From positions 1 to 53,203 of the IMG/VR virus record IMGVR_UViG_3300025096_000026: 53,203 bases of DNA. One strand, written 5' to 3'. The notes under the pieces are model-generated. The model worked only from the letters and a program-made list of their open reading frames with translations, was not told the DNA's origin and made no database searches. The DNA comes from a virus. Lineage: Duplodnaviria > Caudoviricetes. The translations under genes and the position numbers were made by a program. This document shows, one piece after another, positions 1 to 7,961 of the stretch; the first letter of the stretch is position 1; every line of letters starts with the position of its first letter.

Positions 1-530
1 GCAAAACTCCAAGCCCCAGTAGTAGTCCGAGCAGAGTTGTTAACGGGAGCACCCTCGGGACGCAGATCAGAAATATCAAGCCCAACGCCACAACGACGTT
101 TAAACAAGTTAGCAAGGTCTTTGCCAGCGTCCATAATGGACGAAACACTATCCTGTGGATTGTCGACAACCACACAGTTAGATAAAGATACATTAACATA
201 ATCATTTCCTATTCCCATCATCGGAGAGCCCTGCGGGACAACGTACTTAAAATCCTTTAGGTAAGAATAAATCTCTTTTTCTGTAAGGTGTGGGCCTGCT
301 CGATGAGCATAAGTGCTACCAGCTATAGGTCCTTTGCGCTCAGACTCAAACTTCTTTTCAATTTTAGCAAACTCTTTAGCAATACGCTTATGCATGTCGT
401 CCGGGGTTCTTTCCATAAAGTTTCCCTTTTTATCACGCAAACAATATTTTGTCATAAAGACATTCGTTGCCAGCTCATCTCCACCAAAGTATTCAAGAGT
501 GGCTTCTCTTACTACGCTTTCCTCAAACAT
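1..530 (-). CDS. nrdJ: Ribonucleotide reductase, probably class II (adenosylcobalamin-dependent), N-terminal part; runs off the window edge
   Basis: Not in the ORF track. Manual translation from ATG at 530 gives MFEESVVREATLEYFGGDELATNVFMTKYCLRD...VPQGSPMMGIG...SLSNCVVV...KRRCGVGLDISDLRPEGAPVNNSARTTTGAWSF, with the SLSNC, GVG.D.S.LRP and PQGSPM motifs of RNR large subunits. Confidence 0.85.
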   Translation of the reverse strand, partial: MFEESVVREATLEYFGGDELATNVFMTKYCLRDKKGNFMERTPDDMHKRIAKEFAKIEKKFESERKGPIAGSTYAHRAGPHLTEKEIYSYLKDFKYVVPQGSPMMGIGNDYVNVSLSNCVVVDNPQDSVSSIMDAGKDLANLFKRRCGVGLDISDLRPEGAPVNNSARTTTGAWSF

Positions 531-532
531 GA

Positions 533-1912
533 TCACCCTCCACTATTCTTTTTAAATTTCTTATACTTCTCAACCAAATTTTCTTTTTGTTTCTTCACGC
601 TTACTTCCACGAGTTCATCTTCCTCGGAAGGTTCAAGCACCTTGATACATACATTAGACGTATCCATGAACAGCGGGAAGATTATGCCGTCTGGACCATT
701 GCGGTTTTTGGCCACGAAAAGACGCCCACTATTGGCGACCTTATCTTCGATCGTTCTTGAAATACTAAAGATAAAATCTGCCACGAAACATTTGTTAAAT
801 GCCTCGGAGATTGACTCCATCGTAATAACTTCTGCGTTAAGTCCAGACCGATTGGTCTGGGATGCTGTCCACACTGGGGCCTCGTACTCTGCTGCAATAC
901 CACGCAGCTCTTCATAAATAGATTCCAGTTCGGTTCTCTTCTCTTTAAGATAACGAACAGGGCGCAATAGATCTCCATAATCAATGATTATCATATCCAC
1001 TTCTATGTTCCGCATGCGCAATTTTTCTAAATGATTCCGGACGGTTTGGGTGCTTGCAGTTTTGGTCGGGTACTCCTTCACAATTAATTGGCCAGGGACA
1101 TCACTAACCTCTTCAAAAATCTTTTCTTTAAAAGAGGACAATGACTCAAGGGGAATCTTAGTGAGACACGAATCATACCGCGAAGCTACCACAGTATCCT
1201 GAAGTTCCAGAGTATAGTGTACTACCGTCTTCCCCTCCTTAAGGGCTTGTGTTCCCAGATGAACGAGTGCCATGGACTTTCCAGCCCCCGTCGGAGCGAT
1301 TACTACTCCCAACTCCTTCTGGCCTAGGCCTCCTTTGCACACGGCATCGATCAATTCCCAGCCGGTAGTGACGGGATTGCGGAATCGAGGTTTAAATCGT
1401 TCCTCAAAGTCGCGCTTATAATCATACCCCGTATCATTATCGACTCCAAGCTTGAGAGAGTCATTAATAACCTGAGAAATCTCATCGAAAGAAGAGTTCT
1501 GGAGTAACCCAATAGATTTAACCATCGCGGACTTGAGGTTTTGTTTCTTGCAAAAGTCCAAGGCTGTGTCTTTAATGTACTTTAAATCTGTGGGGTCCGA
1601 CACCTGGCTTCTCACGTAATACTCGCGTACCTGTTTGACTGTGAGTTCATTCTCACTATCCAACTCGGAACGTAAGATAGTCTTCATGATGTCCCGCGAG
1701 GGATGCACCTCATACTTCTTGCGATAAGCAAATACCTTATTCAAAAATAGTTTTAAATAATTTAACTCCAAAAAACCAACATCCAAGACTTCTTCAATCT
1801 GGTCTGCAAATGCACGGTCATCCAGAATCACCATGCACAACTTCTCTTGAAAAGATTTCCCGTATTTAGAGAAAGTAACGCCTTCTTTATTAAAATCCAC
1901 TGCTTCCCTCAC
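533..1912 (-). CDS. Replicative DnaB-like helicase (T4 gp41-like)
   Basis: Walker A APTGAGKS, YTLEL, IIIDYGDLL, VWTASQTNR and KNRNGPDG motifs. The start may be the second GTG (about 1900), which has a GAGG SD. Confidence 0.92.
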   Translation of the reverse strand: MREAVDFNKEGVTFSKYGKSFQEKLCMVILDDRAFADQIEEVLDVGFLELNYLKLFLNKVFAYRKKYEVHPSRDIMKTILRSELDSENELTVKQVREYYVRSQVSDPTDLKYIKDTALDFCKKQNLKSAMVKSIGLLQNSSFDEISQVINDSLKLGVDNDTGYDYKRDFEERFKPRFRNPVTTGWELIDAVCKGGLGQKELGVVIAPTGAGKSMALVHLGTQALKEGKTVVHYTLELQDTVVASRYDSCLTKIPLESLSSFKEKIFEEVSDVPGQLIVKEYPTKTASTQTVRNHLEKLRMRNIEVDMIIIDYGDLLRPVRYLKEKRTELESIYEELRGIAAEYEAPVWTASQTNRSGLNAEVITMESISEAFNKCFVADFIFSISRTIEDKVANSGRLFVAKNRNGPDGIIFPLFMDTSNVCIKVLEPSEEDELVEVSVKKQKENLVEKYKKFKKNSGG

Positions 1913-1918
1913 GTTCTT

Positions 1919-1947
1919 ATCCTATCAATTTTTAAGCGCTTTGTCAA
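1919..1947 (-). promoter_or_regulatory. Sigma70-like promoter upstream of the helicase
   Basis: TTGACA (1947-1942), 17-nt spacer, TAGGAT (1924-1919). Confidence 0.6.
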
Positions 1948-2890
1948 GACAAATGCGGTTCATTGTTGCGTGTAAATCGTCCCAATTAAATACCCCAAAG
2001 CCGTCTTGGTTCATCATACGAATAATCTCAGTTTTGTTGTAGTCGTATTCAAAATTTTCTAGGGTGTAATGCACTTTGTCTCGGCACTGCAATGAGAGCG
2101 ATGGGGCGTATAATTGCATCAACTTGTAGTTCTCTATAATTACATCTCTGTGGTCCAAAACGTTGATGAAAAACTTGGCTTTGGAGTCGGTCTCCACACA
2201 GAAATCGAAAATCTCCTGCAATGTCGCATCTTTATCTTCTCTCAAAAATTTAAAGTTTTTTGAAATACTTTTTAGGCCTGCGCGAGGAACTCCCCTCAGG
2301 TTGTCCGAAGGGTCGCCAGCAATGGCCCGCGCTACCGCAAAATTCCTAGGGTGAATATCAAAATCTTCTACAATGTTTAGCTTGTTATGCACCTTCTTTT
2401 GAATCGGGCGAAACAAAACTGTTTCGTCATCACACAGTTGGAGGAAATCCTTATCACTGGAGATGATGACCTTCTGCCAACCTCGAAAGTGTTGTAGCTG
2501 GGTGGCGTAGGCAATCACATCGTCTGCTTCTACCTCGTCAAACCTCAATTGAATGACGGGAAGCTCATTGAGATACTCCATCAAGCGCAACTGTTGCCAT
2601 GCCATGTTAGCCTGTTGTTGTTCCTGAGTCAAATCAGTCTGCCTATTGACCCGAATAGGCTTGCGCCCCTCTTTGTAATTCTTATTTTGCTCTCGCCTCT
2701 TACGGCTTCCGCCCGGGCCATCCCAGATGATCATCACCGTGTCCGGCTTGATGTCGCGGCAGAGCTTCTGTAAGATGCCTAGGAAGCCTTTTAAGCCACC
2801 GATGGGCTGTCCGTGAGTAGACAGGCTTGGGTTGACGATAAACGCCCTGAAGTAGGCGTTGAGAGCGTCAACGATCATAACTCGTTTCAT
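1925..2890 (-). CDS. 5'-3' exonuclease / flap endonuclease (T4 RNase H / Pol I N-terminal domain-like)
   Basis: IVDALN, IIWDG, YKEGR, EADDVIA, SSDKDFLQL and GDPSDNLRGVP motifs of the FEN/PIN family. Confidence 0.92.
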   Translation of the reverse strand: MKRVMIVDALNAYFRAFIVNPSLSTHGQPIGGLKGFLGILQKLCRDIKPDTVMIIWDGPGGSRKRREQNKNYKEGRKPIRVNRQTDLTQEQQQANMAWQQLRLMEYLNELPVIQLRFDEVEADDVIAYATQLQHFRGWQKVIISSDKDFLQLCDDETVLFRPIQKKVHNKLNIVEDFDIHPRNFAVARAIAGDPSDNLRGVPRAGLKSISKNFKFLREDKDATLQEIFDFCVETDSKAKFFINVLDHRDVIIENYKLMQLYAPSLSLQCRDKVHYTLENFEYDYNKTEIIRMMNQDGFGVFNWDDLHATMNRICLDKALKN

Positions 2891-2911
2891 GTGTATCCCC
2901 TAACACTATAG

Positions 2912-2940
2912 AGTATACGTTATACGGGGCTGGATGTCAA
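2912..2940 (-). promoter_or_regulatory. Sigma70-like promoter upstream of the 5'-3' exonuclease
   Basis: TTGACA (2940-2935), 17-nt spacer, TATACT (2917-2912), followed by an AGGGG SD-like sequence before ATG 2890. Confidence 0.75.
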
Positions 2941-3131
2941 GCCTTCTTTTTACTTTGTTTCCAGTCGAGCCAGAAGCCGGCTGCCACCATCAGATGCATT
3001 AGGATGGATGCACCGTACTCCACTGCGGCATGATAGTTGACAAAGTGCAAATGCACATGGCCCAAAACCCAAAAAGGTATAGCCATTTGCTGACTATACC
3101 AGATTAGGAAGAACTTGATGAACTCTTTCAT
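2937..3131 (-). CDS. Small hypothetical membrane protein
   Basis: 64 aa with hydrophobic segments; ATGA overlap with the recA stop. Confidence 0.6.
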   Translation of the reverse strand: MKEFIKFFLIWYSQQMAIPFWVLGHVHLHFVNYHAAVEYGASILMHLMVAAGFWLDWKQSKKKA

Positions 3132-4249
3132 TCTTTATCTACGTCGTAGAAATCTGCCGCGTTACCTTCGCGTACATCGAACTTACGAATGATCTCTTCA
3201 TCCATGATCTCGAACACTCGGTTCCTGAACTTCTCATCTTGAAGTTTAGAAACCCAATGAGCACTCTGGAACTTCTCTTCTTTTCCGTCCTTATGGACCA
3301 GCGCAAACCAGGCGCCTGCTTGCTTTAGATTGTCCGAGCCCTTGATGGCCTCCAACCAACTCTCTTGGTCTTGGATACCAACGTCGTCGGTGCCCCATAG
3401 GATCTTGAACGCACAGTTGCGTCCCTGTGTGCCGAAGCGAGACTTCTCCAGTTTAACCTTCACCTCGGAACCGATGCGGAAACCACTCTCATCCTCGATG
3501 AAAGCAGACTTCGCCTTACGCCCCGTCAGCCAGATGCGCAGAGAATACACATAGTGCATAGCCTTGCCGCCTGGAGTTATAAAGGGTGTCGTCATTGCGA
3601 CGATCCGTGCGTTCGGTCCCTGCGGAATATTGGTCTTTAACTGGTTAAGAACCAGGAAGGCAGACCTCGTATTCGCAATGGGGATGGTTAGTTTAGACAT
3701 TCCCTTTGAGAGAATGCGCGCCTTCATTGCCATCGTGGATTGGGGATTGAAGTCCCCCTCCACATCAGAGACGGTAGGAGTCAGAGCCAACGAATCCCAG
3801 ATAAACAGAGTTCTTTCGGCGCCTGATTTCAAGACGCTTTCCACTGTTTCTAAAACGTGTTCCACCGATTGGGCCTGGACATAGATCAGATCATCTAGAT
3901 TACATCCGGTTCGTTCCAGGAATCCTGGGTCAATCGCTGACTCTGAATCCATATATACCACCGTCATGCCCATCTTCTGGGCATTGGCTGCACACTGTGC
4001 GGCCATGAAAGACTTGCCGGTTGATTCAAGACCTGCAATCTCCGTGAACTTGCCAACTGGTATGCCGGCAAGTTGTCCGCGACAGACAATAGAATCCAAC
4101 CACCGCGAGCCGGTGGGGATCCATTCTTTTACCTCTGTAGGATTTGCTTCCTTCAGATTGTGGGCGACATTCACGCCCGATGTTTTATTGATTAAAGACC
4201 GTAGGCCGTCGATTGAAATCTTGCCTGCTTTGGATTTACTCTTTGCCAC
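3128..4249 (-). CDS. recA: RecA/UvsX-like recombinase
   Basis: IPTGSRWLD, Walker A GLESTGKS, YMDSE, IWDSLA, LVLNQ and TPGGKAMHY motifs. Confidence 0.93.
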   Translation of the reverse strand: MAKSKSKAGKISIDGLRSLINKTSGVNVAHNLKEANPTEVKEWIPTGSRWLDSIVCRGQLAGIPVGKFTEIAGLESTGKSFMAAQCAANAQKMGMTVVYMDSESAIDPGFLERTGCNLDDLIYVQAQSVEHVLETVESVLKSGAERTLFIWDSLALTPTVSDVEGDFNPQSTMAMKARILSKGMSKLTIPIANTRSAFLVLNQLKTNIPQGPNARIVAMTTPFITPGGKAMHYVYSLRIWLTGRKAKSAFIEDESGFRIGSEVKVKLEKSRFGTQGRNCAFKILWGTDDVGIQDQESWLEAIKGSDNLKQAGAWFALVHKDGKEEKFQSAHWVSKLQDEKFRNRVFEIMDEEIIRKFDVREGNAADFYDVDKE

Positions 4250-4397
4250 TTTGTGCTCCCTCTATTATCTCAACCCTAAGTTCATCTATTTCTCTGCATA
4301 CCCTATCTATACACATTTGGAGGTGTGCGATGTCAGTATACAATCGCCACATTATCCAAACTATGCTAAACCCCATTATAAAAATCAATAAACCCAT
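4236..4397 (-). CDS. Small hypothetical membrane-anchored protein (53 aa)
   Basis: Not in the ORF track. Manual translation gives MGLLIFIMGFSIVWIMWRLYTDIAHLQMCIDRVCREIDELRVEIIEGAQSGKE (N-terminal TM plus amphipathic helix). It fills the gap between the Smr gene and recA. Confidence 0.6.
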   Translation of the reverse strand: MGLLIFIMGFSIVWIMWRLYTDIAHLQMCIDRVCREIDELRVEIIEGAQSGKE

Positions 4398-4399
4398 GT

Positions 4400-4618
4400 C
4401 TAAATTTCTTGTTCCGTAACTATCAGCGAACCTTCGTTGACTAGCCGCTCATAGTGTGTATGATACCCCAACAATGTCACGGTGTCAACCACTATTTTTC
4501 TCATCGCATTGGATTTACCGGTGATAATACGTACGGGCAACTCGTGGTTGTAAATAAAACTATGCACGCTCTGTTGCACACGTTCGTATGTCTCACCATG
4601 TAAATCCAAAGTATCCAT
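4400..4618 (-). CDS. Stand-alone Smr (small MutS-related) domain protein
   Basis: N-terminal TLDLHG and internal RIITGKS match the Smr DLHG and IITGKG motifs. Confidence 0.75.
   Translation of the reverse strand: MDTLDLHGETYERVQQSVHSFIYNHELPVRIITGKSNAMRKIVVDTVTLLGYHTHYERLVNEGSLIVTEQEI
4460..4488 (-). promoter_or_regulatory. Sigma70-like promoter inside the Smr gene, pointing to recA
   Basis: TTGACA (4488-4483), 17-nt spacer, TATCAT (4465-4460). Confidence 0.5.
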
Positions 4619-5137
4619 TTACTTAAGTGTCAGGGTACCGGCGCTGGTCTCAACTGTGAGATCAAACACGCTAAGCGCGCTGTCGACAAACTCTGTACCA
4701 TTGCGCTCAGCCTGGGCGAACAGGTCACCCGCACGACAACGAACCGTCACCGAGATGTCGCAGCGGCCACGCTTGTAGTCATACTGCTGCGTGGAATATT
4801 CCAAGTCATATTCGTTATCATAAATGGTTTCAGTCAAAACTCCTTGAATGAAGTCTTCAAAAAACCCATCGCGCTCGTACTCTTCGAGTGCACCGTTATC
4901 GCGCATCTGAGTGAGGATGTCGCTTCCCTTCTCAGCAGAGCCCCACTGAGAGTATACCGGAATGCCGGATGCCAGCAGCCCTGCGAACCATTGAGCCGTG
5001 TCGGTTTCGGCTGCCGTTTCCTCAACGTGGCTTTCGTTGATGTGCCACACATCTGCTCCCTCGGTGTAGCTCACACTAACCAGTGCATCCTCACCAACAT
5101 TAAGATCTTGGAGCTTCTCAACAATATTATTACTCAT
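4619..5137 (-). CDS. Hypothetical acidic protein
   Basis: 172-aa ORF in the operon direction with an AAGGG SD-like sequence upstream. Confidence 0.7.
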   Translation of the reverse strand: MSNNIVEKLQDLNVGEDALVSVSYTEGADVWHINESHVEETAAETDTAQWFAGLLASGIPVYSQWGSAEKGSDILTQMRDNGALEEYERDGFFEDFIQGVLTETIYDNEYDLEYSTQQYDYKRGRCDISVTVRCRAGDLFAQAERNGTEFVDSALSVFDLTVETSAGTLTLK

Positions 5138-5167
5138 TTTAAATCCCTTCTTGTAGTGTAATAAATT

Positions 5168-5198
5168 GAGGCATCTGTATCCCCATGCCTCCCTGCGG
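5168..5198 (-). repeat. Intergenic hairpin repeat, copy 1
   Basis: Minus strand CCGCAGG-GAGGCAT-GGGGATACAG-ATGCCTC; related to 5416-5447. Confidence 0.75.
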
Positions 5199-5208
5199 CT
5201 GTCAGAGT

Positions 5209-5397
5209 TTAACCCGAATTTTTAGTCTCTTGGACCTCAACACGGAGTTCCTGCGCTAGCGTCTTTACTTCCTGCATGGTCTTACGAACACGCGTGCCAG
5301 CGGCGTTGTTGCCGTTGGTGAAGAACTTATCATGATCATCCCGAGTTTCCTCAAGTAGCGTAATCAGTTGTTCTAGACGATTAGTTTCAGTAGTCAT
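5209..5397 (-). CDS. Histone H1-like Hc1 N-terminal-domain protein
   Basis: KFFTNGNNAAGTRVRKTMQEVKTLAQELR matches the GN.AAG.R.RK...LA.E.R signature. Confidence 0.75.
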   Translation of the reverse strand: MTTETNRLEQLITLLEETRDDHDKFFTNGNNAAGTRVRKTMQEVKTLAQELRVEVQETKNSG

Positions 5398-5415
5398 AAC
5401 TCTTCCTTTCTATGT

Positions 5416-5447
5416 GAGGCACCTGATAACCCTGTGCCTCCCTGTGG
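5416..5447 (-). repeat. Intergenic hairpin repeat, copy 2
   Basis: Minus strand CCACAGG-GAGGCAC-AGGGTTATCAG-GTGCCTC; compensatory stem change relative to copy 1. Confidence 0.75.
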
Positions 5448-5456
5448 GGGGGATAA

Positions 5457-6224
5457 TTAAAGAGCGCCAAGCTCTGCGAAAGCGGCATCAACAGCGTTAG
5501 CTTCGCCGTCCTTATTGCCATACTTTGTAGTCTCGCTGCTCACCGTCTCAGCGTCTTCGACCTGAGAATTAATAAACGTATCGAGAATTGCCTGTACATC
5601 GGCAGTCGTCTTTCGCTCAAACAATCCAGTAAAATCCGGGATGCTCTCTAGCAGCTCGGTACACTTTTCCGGAGTCATGTCCTCGCACAGCGAAGACGAA
5701 CGGCGCCGCGGGACAAGCTTCGTCTGCGGGAATGAGGCGCCCGGGGGCTTTCCATAGGTCATGGTAAGGTCGGTGCCAGTTTCGGTGTCCGTAATGTCGC
5801 CATACTCCGGGTTTAGAACCAGGTTGAGCAGGGACTCGTAAGCGGTTTTACCATAGCCCCACACACGAACACCCTTCTCTTCCTCACCGCGAACCATCAC
5901 GGGGCTGAAGAAACGCTGTCGCACGAACAAAGACTTAGCAGTCTTCTTGCTGTGGTCATCGTTGTTGTCGACGCCTTCGCGCCAGAGCTGTGAGGCGAAC
6001 TCACACACAGGGCATTCCTCCCCGTAGTTTCGTTTGGGACAGAGAAAACCGCCCTTCTCGATGTTGTAATGAAAGTGCATCTCCTTGAAGGGATCGCCGT
6101 CTGGTGTCGGCACGATGCGAATATCCTGGTCGCCGTCTTCTGGTCGCCAGAAAGTGTCGTTGGAGTTATTATCTCCACGCAGGGACGAGAGCTTCTCTCT
6201 CATCTTGTCTAAATTGATACCCAT
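5457..6224 (-). CDS. Single-stranded DNA-binding protein (T4 gp32-like)
   Basis: FWRP, IRIVP, HFHY..CP...CPVC zinc site, YGDITD..TGTD and acidic tail ending DAAFAEL. Confidence 0.85.
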   Translation of the reverse strand: MGINLDKMREKLSSLRGDNNSNDTFWRPEDGDQDIRIVPTPDGDPFKEMHFHYNIEKGGFLCPKRNYGEECPVCEFASQLWREGVDNNDDHSKKTAKSLFVRQRFFSPVMVRGEEEKGVRVWGYGKTAYESLLNLVLNPEYGDITDTETGTDLTMTYGKPPGASFPQTKLVPRRRSSSLCEDMTPEKCTELLESIPDFTGLFERKTTADVQAILDTFINSQVEDAETVSSETTKYGNKDGEANAVDAAFAELGAL

Positions 6225-6257
6225 TTTTTATCTCCTTATAGTTGGGTTAAAGTACGA

Positions 6258-7109
6258 TCAGCCAATATCCTGATCGTCTAGTAGTTCACCATATGATTGT
6301 ACCATAGATGAATATTTAATGCAATAACAATATTTCTGATCATAGGTGGTTTGAAACACTCCATAAGAAACATTAATTTTATCATTCAGTTTTGATTTCA
6401 CGAACTCGGTAATGTTCCTAAACAATGATCCGTCCTCCCTCAGTTCAACCTCATTGATACCATAATAGTATACCACATCACGGGGTGTTGTCAAGTCATA
6501 AAACCACTTTTCATACCCTGTCTCCATGTCTAGGATTCCGAAAGTAGCAATCCGACTCACAGTTGAGGGTTTGATAAAGTTCCCCATTACTGGTTCTGAA
6601 TTTTTAAAAACGTTAATCATGTGCACCATGTTAACTATAGCCTGGTTGAGCACGTCATAATACCCCATTATGGGGATGTCGCCCAAGCCAGCAGAAAGGC
6701 GATTATTATCGACCAACCAAATCTCCTCCAAAGCGCCGGATCGCGCATATTCTTGCAGTACATTAGAAACAATTTTTTCTTGTATCTGTTGGGTCTCGCT
6801 GGCCAGCGACAGGTCGGACTGAATATACAACACTTTTATGGAATTATTTTGCAGCTGCTCTAAGAGGCGCAAAATACCCCCTGAAACCTTTCCTGCTCCG
6901 GAGGCGATTACAATCACTTCCTCATTAGAAAACTTTAGTTTCTTTTTAAGATTGGGAAAGTGAGCATCGTATTCCTCATGGTTGGCACGCTTACGAATAG
7001 TAATGTCTGAATCCTTCTCCGAGTCAATCCCCACCGTATCATACTGAGGGAATTTCGCGAATGCCCGGGCCAAATTACACCCAGCGGCACCTAGGCCAAT
7101 TATTTTCAT
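6258..7109 (-). CDS. Divergent tubulin/FtsZ-superfamily protein (PhuZ/TubZ-like)
   Basis: MKIIGLGAAGCNLA (T1 loop), degenerate signature ASGAGKVSGG and LVDN. The start at 7109 overlaps the upstream stop (ATGA). Confidence 0.7.
   Translation of the reverse strand: MKIIGLGAAGCNLARAFAKFPQYDTVGIDSEKDSDITIRKRANHEEYDAHFPNLKKKLKFSNEEVIVIASGAGKVSGGILRLLEQLQNNSIKVLYIQSDLSLASETQQIQEKIVSNVLQEYARSGALEEIWLVDNNRLSAGLGDIPIMGYYDVLNQAIVNMVHMINVFKNSEPVMGNFIKPSTVSRIATFGILDMETGYEKWFYDLTTPRDVVYYYGINEVELREDGSLFRNITEFVKSKLNDKINVSYGVFQTTYDQKYCYCIKYSSMVQSYGELLDDQDIG
6467..6494 (-). promoter_or_regulatory. Sigma70-like promoter inside the tubulin-like gene, pointing to the SSB gene
   Basis: TTGACA (6494-6489), 16-nt spacer ending TGG (extended -10), TATACT (6472-6467). 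Confidence 0.6.
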
Positions 7110-7423
7110 CCTTCTTCGACCCACTCCAAAATGTAGCCCATATCAAATCCGCCGCGAGTAATGCGCTTGGTGTGGGTCGCTGCCATGATCTCGCTATCTC
7201 TGATCCCCATGCGGTTGCACACGAAATGGAAGATCTCCATAATGTCTGCTGCTTCTTCGGCGCACGGGTTCTCCACGAACTCCTGTACTTCCTCTTGAAG
7301 CTTTCTCATGGCGTAATCTTTGAGGCGGATGCCCTTTACTTGGCACACCGCAAAATCCTTGCCGGCTTCGGTGATGATCTCGGGGATACGATCCCTTACT
7401 AGCTTCTGATAGATCTTTTTCAT
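7106..7423 (-). CDS. All-alpha NTP pyrophosphohydrolase (MazG / PRA-PH-like)
   Basis: YQKLVRDRIPEII...KLQEEVQEF...EEAADIMEI...KRITRGGF. The true start is probably MKKIYQ at 7423 rather than the longer track ORF. Confidence 0.85.
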   Translation of the reverse strand: MKKIYQKLVRDRIPEIITEAGKDFAVCQVKGIRLKDYAMRKLQEEVQEFVENPCAEEAADIMEIFHFVCNRMGIRDSEIMAATHTKRITRGGFDMGYILEWVEEG

Positions 7424-7695
7424 CGTTGCTGCGTGTACCAATGATACCACGGCTTTGGCTGTGAGGGCTTTGGCTGTGGGGCCTTTACCTGGAATCGGAG
7501 GGGTGGGATATCCTCGAACATCCGCATCATTTCCTCCCGTGTCGGATGGGGCGCGTCGCGGAAACAAGGGGTGCTGTCGACCGAGATATCTGGGAAGCAG
7601 GGCATGCCCTCAAAGAAAGCCTCGCAGTCTTCAGCTTCGCGAGCCTTCCTCTTCTTATACTCCTCCATACTTATTACGTTGTCTTTATTGTTCAT
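7420..7695 (-). CDS. Hypothetical protein
   Basis: Starts MNNKDNVISMEEYKKRK at 7695 with a GGAG SD and ATGA coupling at both ends. Confidence 0.6.
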   Translation of the reverse strand: MNNKDNVISMEEYKKRKAREAEDCEAFFEGMPCFPDISVDSTPCFRDAPHPTREEMMRMFEDIPPLRFQVKAPQPKPSQPKPWYHWYTQQR

Positions 7696-7961
7696 CGTTG
7701 CTTCTCCACTAGGCTCAGTCCCCTCAAGCGGTTCTTCTGGGGTTGGGCATCTTCTGCGGATGCCACGAGATATTCCCACAGATCCGCCATCGTTAAATCT
7801 TCAATGTCGCAGTTGTATGAGATCGCAGTTCTCTCGATGGCTTGCATGAGTCCGTCGGACACGAGTCCCGCGGCGCCATCAATGGTATAGGGCTGATACT
7901 TGCTTTTTACTTCCGGCACATGATAGCGGGATAAGCTTAAGTCTGGTTTGTCATATTTCAT
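7692..7961 (-). CDS. Hypothetical protein
   Basis: 89 aa; overlaps its neighbours by 4 nt. Confidence 0.6.
   Translation of the reverse strand: MKYDKPDLSLSRYHVPEVKSKYQPYTIDGAAGLVSDGLMQAIERTAISYNCDIEDLTMADLWEYLVASAEDAQPQKNRLRGLSLVEKQR

Noticed and set aside
288-917. Plus-strand 209-aa ORF and the many other plus-strand ORFs in the track
   Set aside because: They are antisense shadows of well-supported minus-strand genes (RNR, helicase, capsid and others) and have no motifs or SDs. Only 47614-48348 is accepted on the plus strand.
1910-1924. Leaderless helicase mRNA (GTG 6 nt after the -10 element)
   Set aside because: A second in-frame GTG 12 nt downstream has a GAGG SD, so a led transcript is equally plausible; this cannot be decided from sequence.
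5168-5447. The repeat pair as a mini CRISPR array
   Set aside because: There are only two imperfect copies, separated by about 215 nt containing a gene, and no cas genes.
7424-7567. N-terminal extension of the MazG-like ORF (similar extensions at 7779, 29102, 33106, 44399, 44730 and 47694)
   Set aside because: Most extensions overlap upstream genes or regulatory gaps; internal starts with SDs or ATGA coupling fit better.
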